NCBI GenBank assembly: GCA_036149055.1
Contig: JAYZQJ010000167.1
Span: 1-46,546, forward strand
DNA length: 46,546 nt
Reading direction: 5' to 3'
Source: Myxococcota bacterium
Lineage (GTDB): Bacteria > Myxococcota_A > Polyangia > Polyangiales > Sandaracinaceae
Part shown: one piece after another, positions 36,683-46,095 of the stretch
How positions within the stretch are numbered: the stretch's first letter is position 1
How the letters are laid out: each line of letters begins with the position of its first letter
Notes under the pieces: generated by a model
Databases searched by the model: none
Told to the model about the DNA's origin: nothing
What the model saw: the letters and a program-made list of their open reading frames with translations, nothing else
Made by a program: the position numbers and the translations under genes

Positions 36683-39058
36683 GTGTCGGGGCACCGGTCG
36701 GTGGAGCGGCGGCAAGCCGCGCTGCAGCGCTTCGCGTCATTCTTCGGCGAGCTCCGCGAGGTGTTCGTCGAGCGGGACGACGTGCTCACCCAGATGGCGC
36801 TCGCGCTCCTGTCGAAGGAGCACGTGCTCATCACCGGGCCGCCCGGGACGGGCAAGAGCCGCCTCGCGTCGTCGGTGGTCGGGCGGGTGGTGCACGCGGA
36901 CACGGGCGCGCCGAGCCTCTTCGCCAAGCAGTTCACGGAGAGCACCGTGCAGACCGAGCTCATCGGGCCGGTCGACTTCCGCACCCTGACCGAGACGGGG
37001 CGCACCGAGCACTTCACCGACGAGGGCATGCTCGGCGCGGTGCACGCGTTCCTCGACGAGGTGCTCGACGGGCGCGACATGCTCCTCCGCTCGACGCTCA
37101 ACATCCTCGAGGAGCGCGAGCTCAAGCAGGGGACGAAGATCACACCGGGCCGCATCGAGTGCGCGGTGATGACGAGCAACCGCTACCTCACCGAGGTGCT
37201 CGAGGACAGCCGGCAGACCCTGCTCGCGTTCGTCGATCGCATCGCGTTCGTGTCCTTCATCCCGCGCGGCTTCGCGGAGCCGGCGCACCTCGAGCGCGTG
37301 GTCGAGTCGGTGCTCGAGCGCGGCCTCCGGCTCGACGGGCGACTCACGGTCGAGGACGTCGACGTCCTCCAGGAGATGGTGGCCGAGGTGCGCGTGCCCG
37401 AGGCCGTCGCCCGCGCGGTCGTCGCCCTGGCTCGGGACTTCGAGGAGCGCGCCGGGCAACTCGAGCGCTCCGATCCCGCCTTCACCGCCACGCGCTACTT
37501 CTCGACCCGCGCGTTCATCCGGCTCGCCGAGCTGCTGCGGGCGATCGTGATCTTCGACAAGGCGACGGCGCGCCCGGACCGCGCGCTCACCGCGGCCACC
37601 GACGACCTCGGCCCGCTCCGGCTCGCGATGATGCTCGCCGGCCCGGATCCCGCTCACCTCGAGGCGCTGCTCGAGCACGAGACCGACCCCCGGGAGCGGC
37701 GTCAGCTGTCGATCATGCGCGAGGAGCTCGAGCTCTTCCGCGAGTGCCTCGGCCGCATCGAGGTCGAGGCGCCGGTCGAGGAGGCGGCGCCCGTGGCGCC
37801 TCCCGAAGGCGCGGCGCCGGCGATCTCCGTCGAGCCCCCGCGGACGGACGAGGAGCGCGTCCTCGCCGACGCGGTGATGGGGCTCGCGCTCGGCCACGAT
37901 CTCGCTCGCCTCGAGCGGGTCCGGGCGGCGGCGGCCGCGCTCGAGGCGGCCCGGCCCTCGCAGCGGGAGGCGGCGGCGCAGGCGCGCGGGCAGGCGCTCG
38001 ACGCCCTGTGCGAGGCGGTGGGCATGGGCGCGCTCGGCGGTGACGCGGACCCGAGCCGATCGGCGGCGCTGGCCCACCTCGCGGCGATGGAGGAGGCGGC
38101 GGCGCTCCGGGAGGCCCTGCTCGCCGGGGAGGCGCGGGGCGTGGACCGCGCGGCCGCCGACGAGCGGTGGGCCAAGGGGGTGGTGCACCTCACGCGGCAC
38201 CTGGAGCTGGCCGCGGACCGGCTCGCCCACGACGCGGTCGCGGAGGGCCTGGCGGTGGCGGAGGTCGGGCGGCTGGGCGCGGTGCTGGGGGCGCTCGAGC
38301 CTCTCCTCGCGTCGCTCCGCGAGCTCGATCGGCGGCTGGCCGCGCTCGGCGGACCCACCGATCCGCCGCCCAGCGCGCTGGTGCTCGGGCGCCGGATCGC
38401 GCCCTCGCTGCGGGCCACCTACGCGAGCCTGGAGCGTCCCGACCGGCGCTCGGTGGCGAGCCACGTGGACGCGGCGATGGAGCGGCTCGGCGGGCTCGGG
38501 CTCGGGGCCGCGGTCCCGGTGGAGGAGCACCTCACCTGGATCGCGGAGGCCCTGGTGCGCGGCGAGCCCGAGCCGCCGTCGACGCGGCCCGAGCCCGGCC
38601 ACGAGGGCTACCGGGCGCTGCGCGGGGCCGAGGACCGGACCCCGATCGTCTTCGCCCTCGCGGAGCTGCTCGTCCGGCTCGCCGCCCGCGGCGTCACCGA
38701 GCTCGCGCCCGGGCTCGACGGGATGGCGGCGGTCATCGCGCGGCTGCCGGACGATCTGCGGCGTCGGCTCGCGAGCCTCGACCTCGATCGCGCCGAGCGG
38801 GCCGCGGATGTCTTCGACGCCTGGCGCGCCAGCGGCGTCGAGCCGGAGGCGCTGCTCACGGTCTGCTTCGAGGAGGGCGCCGCGCTCCGCTTCGCGCTCG
38901 AGAACCGCCTCGTCGCCGCGCTCCTGCCGGCCTACGCGACCCGCGCAGACGCCCTCTCGGAGCGCTTCCGAGGCCTGGCCGACGCGCTGCGCGAGGACCT
39001 CGAGTCCGAGCGGCGGCGGGCCATCGAGGCGCGCTGGGCCGCGCTCGCAGAGCCGTGA
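36683..39058 (+). CDS. MoxR/RavA-like AAA+ ATPase with a long helical C-terminal extension
   Basis: ALLSKEHVLITGPPGTGKS (Walker A), ELIGP, AFLDEV (Walker B), LNILEER, TSN, FVDRI, FSTR. Confidence 0.88.
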   Translation: MSGHRSVERRQAALQRFASFFGELREVFVERDDVLTQMALALLSKEHVLITGPPGTGKSRLASSVVGRVVHADTGAPSLFAKQFTESTVQTELIGPVDFRTLTETGRTEHFTDEGMLGAVHAFLDEVLDGRDMLLRSTLNILEERELKQGTKITPGRIECAVMTSNRYLTEVLEDSRQTLLAFVDRIAFVSFIPRGFAEPAHLERVVESVLERGLRLDGRLTVEDVDVLQEMVAEVRVPEAVARAVVALARDFEERAGQLERSDPAFTATRYFSTRAFIRLAELLRAIVIFDKATARPDRALTAATDDLGPLRLAMMLAGPDPAHLEALLEHETDPRERRQLSIMREELELFRECLGRIEVEAPVEEAAPVAPPEGAAPAISVEPPRTDEERVLADAVMGLALGHDLARLERVRAAAAALEAARPSQREAAAQARGQALDALCEAVGMGALGGDADPSRSAALAHLAAMEEAAALREALLAGEARGVDRAAADERWAKGVVHLTRHLELAADRLAHDAVAEGLAVAEVGRLGAVLGALEPLLASLRELDRRLAALGGPTDPPPSALVLGRRIAPSLRATYASLERPDRRSVASHVDAAMERLGGLGLGAAVPVEEHLTWIAEALVRGEPEPPSTRPEPGHEGYRALRGAEDRTPIVFALAELLVRLAARGVTELAPGLDGMAAVIARLPDDLRRRLASLDLDRAERAADVFDAWRASGVEPEALLTVCFEEGAALRFALENRLVAALLPAYATRADALSERFRGLADALREDLESERRRAIEARWAALAEP

Positions 39059-41346
39059 GCGAGCTCGACGCGATCGAGGCGCGGCTCGCGACGCTCTGGT
39101 CGGATCCGGAGGCGCTGCGCCGGAGCGCGGGCTGGTTCCGGCGCGCGTGGCTGCGGCTCGCGGGCGCGGGGCGGGGGGAGCGCTTCGTGTCCGAGCGGCT
39201 GCGCGCCTGGGCCGAGGGGCCGCCGAGCCTCGCGCGCTGGGCCGAGCACCGCGATCCGATCGTGCGCGAGCTGGAGGAGAACGTGGAGCGGCTCGAGCGG
39301 GCCGCGCGGGTCGACGGGGAGGCGCCGAGCGCGCTCCTCACCTGGCTCTTCGACGTACGCCGCTGGATCGCCTCGATGGACGCGGCGCAGGCGGGGCCCT
39401 CGCGGCACGCCCGGATGGCGGTGACGCGGGGGCTCGCGAGCCGCGCGCTCCTCGGCCCGATCGACAGCGACGACCCGGGCGAGACCCTCGCGCTCGCCGG
39501 GGTGGACGCGCTCCTCGCCGAGGCGGCGCAGGAGAAGGAGCGGCTGGGCCGTCGCCGGCGGCTGCTCGAGGCGGCGCGCCGGGTGTTGCTCGACGCGGAG
39601 GCGGCGGCGCCGAGCCCCGCGCCCTTCGCGGCGCGTCGCGCGCTGGTCGCCGAGGAGCTGCTGCAGCTCGGGCGCATCGAGGCGGCGGGCGTCCGGGCCG
39701 AGGTCCCCGTCTCCCATCAGCTGGTCGCGCGGCTGCGCCACCGGAGGGCCGACGCGGCCACCGCGTGCGCCGCGATCGCCTATCTCCGGGCGGGGGTCGT
39801 CCCGGCGGCGGTCTCCGGCCTGGCCAGCGCGCTGGCGGCCGCCGAGTCCTTCGACGGCCCCATCCCCGACGCGGTCGGCGCCGCCGTGGAGCGGGGCTAC
39901 CGGCGCGCCCGGGAGGCGAACGAGCGCGCGCTCGCCAGCGCCGGGGCGGCCGAGGCCCTCGCGCTCCGTCGCCGTCGCGCCCACCTCGCCGGCGACGCAC
40001 ACCTCTCGCTCCTCCGGATGGCGCTCGGGGTCGACGGCGTCTTCGACGTGGGCGGCGGGCTCGAGCGCGAGCGGGTGGAGGAGGTCTCGCCGATCGCGCA
40101 GCTCGTGCCCTTCCCCACCCAGGAGCTGCAGCTCGACGAGGCCACCGGCCCGGGCGACGTGCGCGACGCCATCATCTCCGACCCGCGCCTGCTGCTGCAT
40201 CACCTCGCGACCCGGCGCCTGCTCGTCCGCCGCTACGTGCGCCGCGGCCTGGCCCGCCGGCACCGCAGCGGGGTCCGCGCGGCCGTGCGCTTCTACCTCC
40301 TCGACGGCTCCACCTCGATGCGGGGGGCGCGGGCGCGGATGCGCGACGCGATCCTGGTCGCCGAGCTCGCCTCGCTGGTGTCCCGCCTCGAGCGCCCCGG
40401 CGCGCGCATCCGGAGCCTGCTCTACTACCGCTACTTCAACTCCGCGGCGGAGGTCACCCGCCGGGTCGCCAGCGTCCCCGAGGCGCTCCAGGCGATCGAG
40501 GAGGTGCTCGGCGCCTCGCGCACCGGCGGCACCGACATCGAGGGCGCGCTGCTCGACTCGCTCGAGCTCATCGAGCAGAACCGCGACGACGACGTCGAGC
40601 TGTCGCGCGCCCAGATCGTGCTGGTGACCGACGGGCTCGCTGCGGTCGACCCCGCGATGATCCGGGGCGTGCAGGAGCGGCTCGCGATCCCCGTCCGGGT
40701 CAGCGCGCTGGTGCTCGGAGACGAGAGCCCCGCGCTGCGCGCGCTCGCCCTCGAGCAGCGTCAGGCGGGGCTGCGGGTGCTCTATCAGCACGTGCCCGAC
40801 GCGCGCCTCGAGGCGTGGGAGTCGGAGGGCCAGGAGGCCGCGTGGCCGAGCTTCCGCGCGGCGGAGGTCGCGCCCGAGGACGTCGACGCCGCGCTGGACG
40901 AGCTGGCCGCGATCTCGGGGGCCGCCCGCCCGCTCGACCTCGCGCCCGAGGCGCTCGCCGAGGCCTACGCCGAGGTCGGCCTCGAGGAGTCGGCGCTCGA
41001 GGAGGGCACCCGCGCCAAGCTCGAGGCGAGCCGCCGGGATCTGCGCTCGCTCCGCCGCCGCTTCGACCGCCTCTTCCCCTCGCTCGAGCCCGAGATCGCG
41101 CGCCTGCCCGACCTCGACGACGTCGAGAGCGCGCTGGTGATCGACGCCCTCGGGGTCGTCGCCGAGGTCCTCTCCCTCTCGCTCGCCGACGAGCTGACCG
41201 CGAAGTCCGACGCGATCGCGATCTTCGAGCGGCTCCTGCAGGACCGGGGGCTGACCCCCGCGCGGTACCTGGAGGTCGCGGACGAGCACCCGGATCGGGT
41301 CGGCGCCGCGATCGAGGCCGTCCGCAGCCTGGCGAGGGCGGGGTAG
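39055..41346 (+). CDS. vWA-domain protein (ViaA/CoxE-like partner) with helical flanks
   Basis: MIDAS LLDGSTSM, GGTDI, VLVTDG; GTG start overlaps the AAA stop (GTGA). Confidence 0.85.
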   Translation: MSELDAIEARLATLWSDPEALRRSAGWFRRAWLRLAGAGRGERFVSERLRAWAEGPPSLARWAEHRDPIVRELEENVERLERAARVDGEAPSALLTWLFDVRRWIASMDAAQAGPSRHARMAVTRGLASRALLGPIDSDDPGETLALAGVDALLAEAAQEKERLGRRRRLLEAARRVLLDAEAAAPSPAPFAARRALVAEELLQLGRIEAAGVRAEVPVSHQLVARLRHRRADAATACAAIAYLRAGVVPAAVSGLASALAAAESFDGPIPDAVGAAVERGYRRAREANERALASAGAAEALALRRRRAHLAGDAHLSLLRMALGVDGVFDVGGGLERERVEEVSPIAQLVPFPTQELQLDEATGPGDVRDAIISDPRLLLHHLATRRLLVRRYVRRGLARRHRSGVRAAVRFYLLDGSTSMRGARARMRDAILVAELASLVSRLERPGARIRSLLYYRYFNSAAEVTRRVASVPEALQAIEEVLGASRTGGTDIEGALLDSLELIEQNRDDDVELSRAQIVLVTDGLAAVDPAMIRGVQERLAIPVRVSALVLGDESPALRALALEQRQAGLRVLYQHVPDARLEAWESEGQEAAWPSFRAAEVAPEDVDAALDELAAISGAARPLDLAPEALAEAYAEVGLEESALEEGTRAKLEASRRDLRSLRRRFDRLFPSLEPEIARLPDLDDVESALVIDALGVVAEVLSLSLADELTAKSDAIAIFERLLQDRGLTPARYLEVADEHPDRVGAAIEAVRSLARAG

Positions 41347-41355
41347 ACTGTCGCC

Positions 41356-42606
41356 ATGGCGGAAGAGGGCCGTCGACTCCCCGAGCACACCGGCGTCGCG
41401 CTGGCGGCGGTGGGGGTGATCGCGGCGGTGATGGCTGTCGCGTATGTGGGCAAGGAGCTGCTCGAGCGGCGGCACGCCCGGCTGGCGGAGCTGAGCGAGG
41501 CCATCGACGTGGGCGACGAGACCTGGACGCTGCTCGAGAGGGAGCAGGGCTTCTCGTCGCGCGGCGTCTCGCCGATCCCGCTGGTGACCCCGCCGCCCGG
41601 CTGGGAGGAGTCGTCGACCCCGTGGATGGCGGTCGACGCGCAGCGGGCGGCGCCGCGGAGCTTCGGCCCGACGGCGAAGGGGGCCCTGATGGAGCGCGTG
41701 GGCGGCGGGCTGTCGCTCTCGCCGTCGCACCTCGAGCTGCCCGATCCGGTCCGCGCCGAGCTCCGCCGCGACGTGCAGTGGGTCGCCTTCGTGCGGCGCG
41801 CGCCCACCGCCGGGGTGTACGAGCGGGACGGCGCGATCGTCCGGACCGAGCGCGCGGACGTCCGGCTGACGCTGATCGACGGCACCCTGCTCGCGCTCGG
41901 CACCTGCGAGGCGGTGCCCCCGCGCATCACGACCGGATCCGCCGAGGCGCCCGCGCTCGAGCCGGAGACGATCGCGGCGCTGGTGGTCCGCATGCTCGAC
42001 GCCGCCCGCGAGGCGGACGATCGCGCGGACGAGGACGATCGGCTCGGGGAGTGCCTCGCCGAGGTGATGCCCGACAAGCCGGCCAAGGAGTCGAGCCCGC
42101 ACCCCCGTTGCGCCATGGGGGCGACGCCGGAGTGCCTCGCCGACTGCGCCGCCGGCGGCGGGCCCAGCTGCACGGTGGCGGCGCACGCGCTGACCGAGAC
42201 CGATCCGGCGCGCGCCCGACGGCTCCAGCGCCAGGGCTGCGCCGGCGGCGATCACGACGCCTGCGTGCAGTGGGCGGTCGCGGCCCGGAGCCGCCGGGGC
42301 GACGAGGACGAGGCGGGGCTCGCGTGCGCGGCCCGGGTCTTCGAGCGCGCGTGCGACGCGGAGCATCGGCTCGGCTGCGGCATGTTCGGCTTCGCGCTCG
42401 CCCGCGGCGCCGGGGTCGAGCCCGGGGTCGAGCGCTCCCGCGGCCTCCTCGAGTCGTCGTGCTCGTCGCTCGGCGGCTTCCCCTGCTTCGCGCTCGGCGT
42501 CCTTCGTCGCGAGCGCGTGTTCGGTGAGGCCGAGGAGCCCCGCGCCGCCGACGCGTTCAGCCGCGCGTGCGAGACCGGCTACCGCGCCGCCTGCGGCGTC
42601 GAATGA
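41356..42606 (+). CDS. Membrane-anchored protein with C-terminal Cys-paired Sel1/Hcp-like repeats
   Basis: N-terminal TM; repeats QGCAGGDHDAC, FERACDAEHRLGC, FSRACETGYRAAC. Confidence 0.75.
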   Translation: MAEEGRRLPEHTGVALAAVGVIAAVMAVAYVGKELLERRHARLAELSEAIDVGDETWTLLEREQGFSSRGVSPIPLVTPPPGWEESSTPWMAVDAQRAAPRSFGPTAKGALMERVGGGLSLSPSHLELPDPVRAELRRDVQWVAFVRRAPTAGVYERDGAIVRTERADVRLTLIDGTLLALGTCEAVPPRITTGSAEAPALEPETIAALVVRMLDAAREADDRADEDDRLGECLAEVMPDKPAKESSPHPRCAMGATPECLADCAAGGGPSCTVAAHALTETDPARARRLQRQGCAGGDHDACVQWAVAARSRRGDEDEAGLACAARVFERACDAEHRLGCGMFGFALARGAGVEPGVERSRGLLESSCSSLGGFPCFALGVLRRERVFGEAEEPRAADAFSRACETGYRAACGVE

Positions 42607-42610
42607 CCGA

Positions 42611-45600
42611 TCACTCCGCCGCGAGGCAGTCCGCGAGCGCCTCGGGGTCGACCACGCCTTCGTCGTCGCGGGCCTCGGCGTAGCAGGCGAGGACCGGGCC
42701 GCTCGTGTCCTGCTCCGGGCGCGTCGAGGGGGCAGTCTCTTCGGCCGTCGCCTCGCGGCTCGGGCGCGGGCGGCGGTCTCGGACGGTGTCGACCGCGACG
42801 AAGGTCGTGTAGGGCGTCAGCAAGTGATGCGACAGCGCCAGCTCCCTCACCTGCGCCTCCAGGGCGGGGTCGGGCCGGAGCGCCATCGCGGCCGAGAGGT
42901 CTCGGATCCGGGTCTGGGCCCACATCGACGCGAGCTCCGGGTGCGCCTCGCCGGTCTCCGGGAGCGCGACCTCGACGCGCTGCACGAAGCGCCGCCCGCC
43001 GAGCCGGCCTCGGATCGTGATCACGCCCTCGCCGCCTTCGCGGTAGCGCCCGTGCACCACCACCGGCCGGTTCGCGAAGACGTCGGGCACGCGGCGCGGG
43101 TAGACGCCGGAGACGTCGAGGTCCCCCCAGTCGATCGAGAGATCGGTGAGCTGCGGCCGCGCGACGTGGGCCACGAACCGGCTCGCCGCGTCTTCGGGCG
43201 TCTCGTCGAGGCGCACCTCCTCGAAGGCCCCCGCGCCCAGCTCGGCGAGGCGACCGAGGAGGTAGCGGTTCACGGTGGCGCCCACCCCGAACGCGTACAC
43301 CCGCGCGGCGCCGAGCCGCGGTCGCACCAGCGCGAGGACGTCGCGCTCGCTGCCCACGAAGCCGTCGGTGAAGACCAGGAGCTGCCGCAGCCGCGGGCCG
43401 GCGTCGGGCGTCTCGAGCGCGAGCCGGAGGCCCTCGAGGCTCGCCAGCTCGGCGGACGTGCCGGCGCGCTGCAGCGCGCGGATCGCCTGGGCCACGTTGC
43501 CGCGGGTGGCCGGCAGCACCTCCGTCGTCAGCCGCCCGTCGAGGGTCAGCACCCGCAGGGTGTCGCCCTCCTCCAGCGTGGTCAGCGCCCGGGTGATCGC
43601 GGCGCGGGCGCGCTCGAGGGGCAGGCCCTCCATGCTGGGCGAGGTGTCGAGCACGACCACCATCTCTCGCGGGGCGCGCGCGTCCGCCACCGGGCCGCGC
43701 AGCGGGTGCAGCGCGAGCGCGAAGTGGCCCTCGTCGGTCCCCGGCGGGCTCGCGACCAGCGCGACCTCGGGGCGCTCGCTCCCGACGCCGACGCGGAGCG
43801 TGAAGTCGGCGTCCGGCCGGGGTCGCTCGGCCAGCGAGACCCGGGCCCGGCTGCCGTCGCGCGCCACGTCCACCTCGTGATGGGGCGCGTCGAGCTCGCC
43901 GATCTCGGTCCCGAGCTCCGCGTCGACGGTGAGGCGCACGGTGTCGGGCCGCGCGTCGTCGGCGCCCAGCTCCTCCTCGAGCGGCGTGCCCGGCGGGTTG
44001 ATCTCACCGGCGCCGGCGCGTCGGTAGCGCGGCCCCGCGCGCAGTGGGAACGAGAAGTGGTAGGCGCCGTCCTCGTAGCGGAGCACCTGGGTGTACTCCA
44101 GTGTGATGCGCACCTCGTCCGCCGGCGGGATGCCGCGCACCGTCTGGCGAAAGACGTCGGGCCGCTCCTGCACCAGCACGGCGCGCGCGGTCTCCTCCGT
44201 CCGGGCGCGGCGCGGCTGGATCTCCGCCCGGACCACCCGATCGCCCGATCGGATCTGCATCCCGTCCACCGCCGCGCCCTCGGGCACCGGGAAGAGGTAG
44301 GTCCCCTCCACCGGGCGCTGGTAGGGGTTGCCGAAGGTCTGCTGCACTCGCACGTGGGCCACGAACCCGGTCAGCGAGACGTGCACGTCCGTGCCCTGGA
44401 TCGGGAAGCCGCCCAGCTCGCCCTGGTTCGGCTCGTCGTCGAGCCGCAGGGTGCCCTCGCTCGGGCGGCCGGTGTACTCGAGGGGCGCGGCGGTCCCGGT
44501 GGTCAGGCCGTCGTGGCTCGCGCTGCCTCCCCACATGTGCCAGCCGTCCAGCGTCGGATCCGCCGCCTCGATGGCGAAGACGCCGCCCTGCTCGGTGGAC
44601 GCGTAGACCCAGCCGTGGGCGACGGTGGGCTGGGCCGCGATCGGCTCGCCGACGTCCCACGCCCAGGCGGTCATCCCGGTGTCGACGTCGAGGCCGTAGA
44701 GGTGGCCCTGGCGCGTCCCGAACACGAGCTGGCTGCCGACCACCGCCGGAGAGCTCGCCGGTCGGGTGGACGCGTCCTCCGTGTAGGCGCGGCGCCAGAG
44801 CAGCCGGCCGCGGTCGTCGCGGGCCTGCACCTCGTTGCCGATGGTCTGGTACATGCGGCCCCGCGCGACCGTCGGGCGCGAGCCCTCGTAGGACCAGCCG
44901 CCGCGCACGCCGCCGTGATCGGCGCGCTCGTTCAGAAACGGCGCGTCGACGGCCTCGAGGTGGCGGAGGACCTCCCCGCGCCGCTGGTCGAGCACCACCG
45001 TGCGCTCTCGCCGGCCGGCGTCGCGCTCGCCCACGGTGACCATCACCTCGCCGTCGTGGAGCCAGGGCGCGCTGGTGGCGCCGATCGCCTCGTGCCAGCG
45101 CACCCGCCCGTTGCGCCGGTCGAGGTGATAGAGGCCGCCGTCCATGGTGCTGAAGAACACCGAGCGGCCCTGGACCACCGGCGCGTTCATGACGTCGGCG
45201 CTGATGCGCCGGGTCCAGCGCGGGGCGCCGTCGCGCAGCCGGAGCGCGGTGAAGCCGTAGCGGCGTCCTCCGCCCGTGCCCCAGCCGGTCGACCCGGGGC
45301 GGATGCGCCCGGGGGAGCGGCCGTCGATGACGTGCCCGCTGTAGACCATGCCGTCGTACACGGCGGGCTGGCTCATGAGCGGGTCGCCGAGCCAGCGCTC
45401 CCAGAGCCGCCGGCCGGTGTGCGCGTCGATCGCGTAGATCGTGCAGCTCTCGGTGTTGAAGACGACCTTGTCGTCGTCGATGACCGCGGCGCTCGGCCCT
45501 CCCGCTGGCGCGGCCACGCTCCAGAGCGGCTGGCCGCTCCGGGCGTCGTAGGCGAAGAACGCCGAGCTCGAGAAGCCGCCGCCGAGGTAGATCTTGCCGT

Positions 45601-46000
45601 CCGCGTACGCGGGCGTCAGCAGCGCGTGGGCCGCCGGCAGCCGCGCCACCCAGCCCCGCCGGTAGCCGTCGAAGGTGAAGGCCTCGGTCATGCCCGGGCG
45701 GGCCGACGGCGCCGGGAGCGGGCGCGGGGTCAGGCGCGAGGCGAGGGCGAGGGTGTCCGCGGGGACCTCGGCCTCGGGCGCCGCGGTGGCCGCCCCGCGC
45801 AGCGCCGCGACCTCCTCGGCGACCTCGATCGCGTCTTCGACCGTGAGTGAAAGCACACGACTTCTCGCGCGCTCGATCCGCTCCGGCCCGGGATCCTCCG
45901 CCGCCGACCGGCCCGGGCGCGGGGCGCTTCCGCCCGCGCAACCGCCCGCAATCATGAAGAAGATCGAGAACCAGGCCGCCCGCGTCGTCCACTCTCCCAT
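42611..46000 (-). CDS. Putative lipoprotein: PQQ-like beta-propeller + VIT + vWA fusion
   Basis: GGAGG RBS then MGEW...IAGGC; PQQ repeats (YAYDARSGQPLW-type, YAIDAHTGRRLW, YGLDVDTGMTAW); VIT (VQQTFGNPYQRPVEGTYLFPVPEGAAV); MIDAS LDTSPSM...FTDG; HHLLTPYTTFVAVD. Confidence 0.85.
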   Translation of the reverse strand: MGEWTTRAAWFSIFFMIAGGCAGGSAPRPGRSAAEDPGPERIERARSRVLSLTVEDAIEVAEEVAALRGAATAAPEAEVPADTLALASRLTPRPLPAPSARPGMTEAFTFDGYRRGWVARLPAAHALLTPAYADGKIYLGGGFSSSAFFAYDARSGQPLWSVAAPAGGPSAAVIDDDKVVFNTESCTIYAIDAHTGRRLWERWLGDPLMSQPAVYDGMVYSGHVIDGRSPGRIRPGSTGWGTGGGRRYGFTALRLRDGAPRWTRRISADVMNAPVVQGRSVFFSTMDGGLYHLDRRNGRVRWHEAIGATSAPWLHDGEVMVTVGERDAGRRERTVVLDQRRGEVLRHLEAVDAPFLNERADHGGVRGGWSYEGSRPTVARGRMYQTIGNEVQARDDRGRLLWRRAYTEDASTRPASSPAVVGSQLVFGTRQGHLYGLDVDTGMTAWAWDVGEPIAAQPTVAHGWVYASTEQGGVFAIEAADPTLDGWHMWGGSASHDGLTTGTAAPLEYTGRPSEGTLRLDDEPNQGELGGFPIQGTDVHVSLTGFVAHVRVQQTFGNPYQRPVEGTYLFPVPEGAAVDGMQIRSGDRVVRAEIQPRRARTEETARAVLVQERPDVFRQTVRGIPPADEVRITLEYTQVLRYEDGAYHFSFPLRAGPRYRRAGAGEINPPGTPLEEELGADDARPDTVRLTVDAELGTEIGELDAPHHEVDVARDGSRARVSLAERPRPDADFTLRVGVGSERPEVALVASPPGTDEGHFALALHPLRGPVADARAPREMVVVLDTSPSMEGLPLERARAAITRALTTLEEGDTLRVLTLDGRLTTEVLPATRGNVAQAIRALQRAGTSAELASLEGLRLALETPDAGPRLRQLLVFTDGFVGSERDVLALVRPRLGAARVYAFGVGATVNRYLLGRLAELGAGAFEEVRLDETPEDAASRFVAHVARPQLTDLSIDWGDLDVSGVYPRRVPDVFANRPVVVHGRYREGGEGVITIRGRLGGRRFVQRVEVALPETGEAHPELASMWAQTRIRDLSAAMALRPDPALEAQVRELALSHHLLTPYTTFVAVDTVRDRRPRPSREATAEETAPSTRPEQDTSGPVLACYAEARDDEGVVDPEALADCLAAE

Positions 46001-46095
46001 GACCCCTCCGACGCGCACGGACCCACGAGGTTCCCCGGAGCTTGGGGGGTGATGGGAATGCGTAGGCATTAATCTGAGCCACCTCGGAGGCCACC

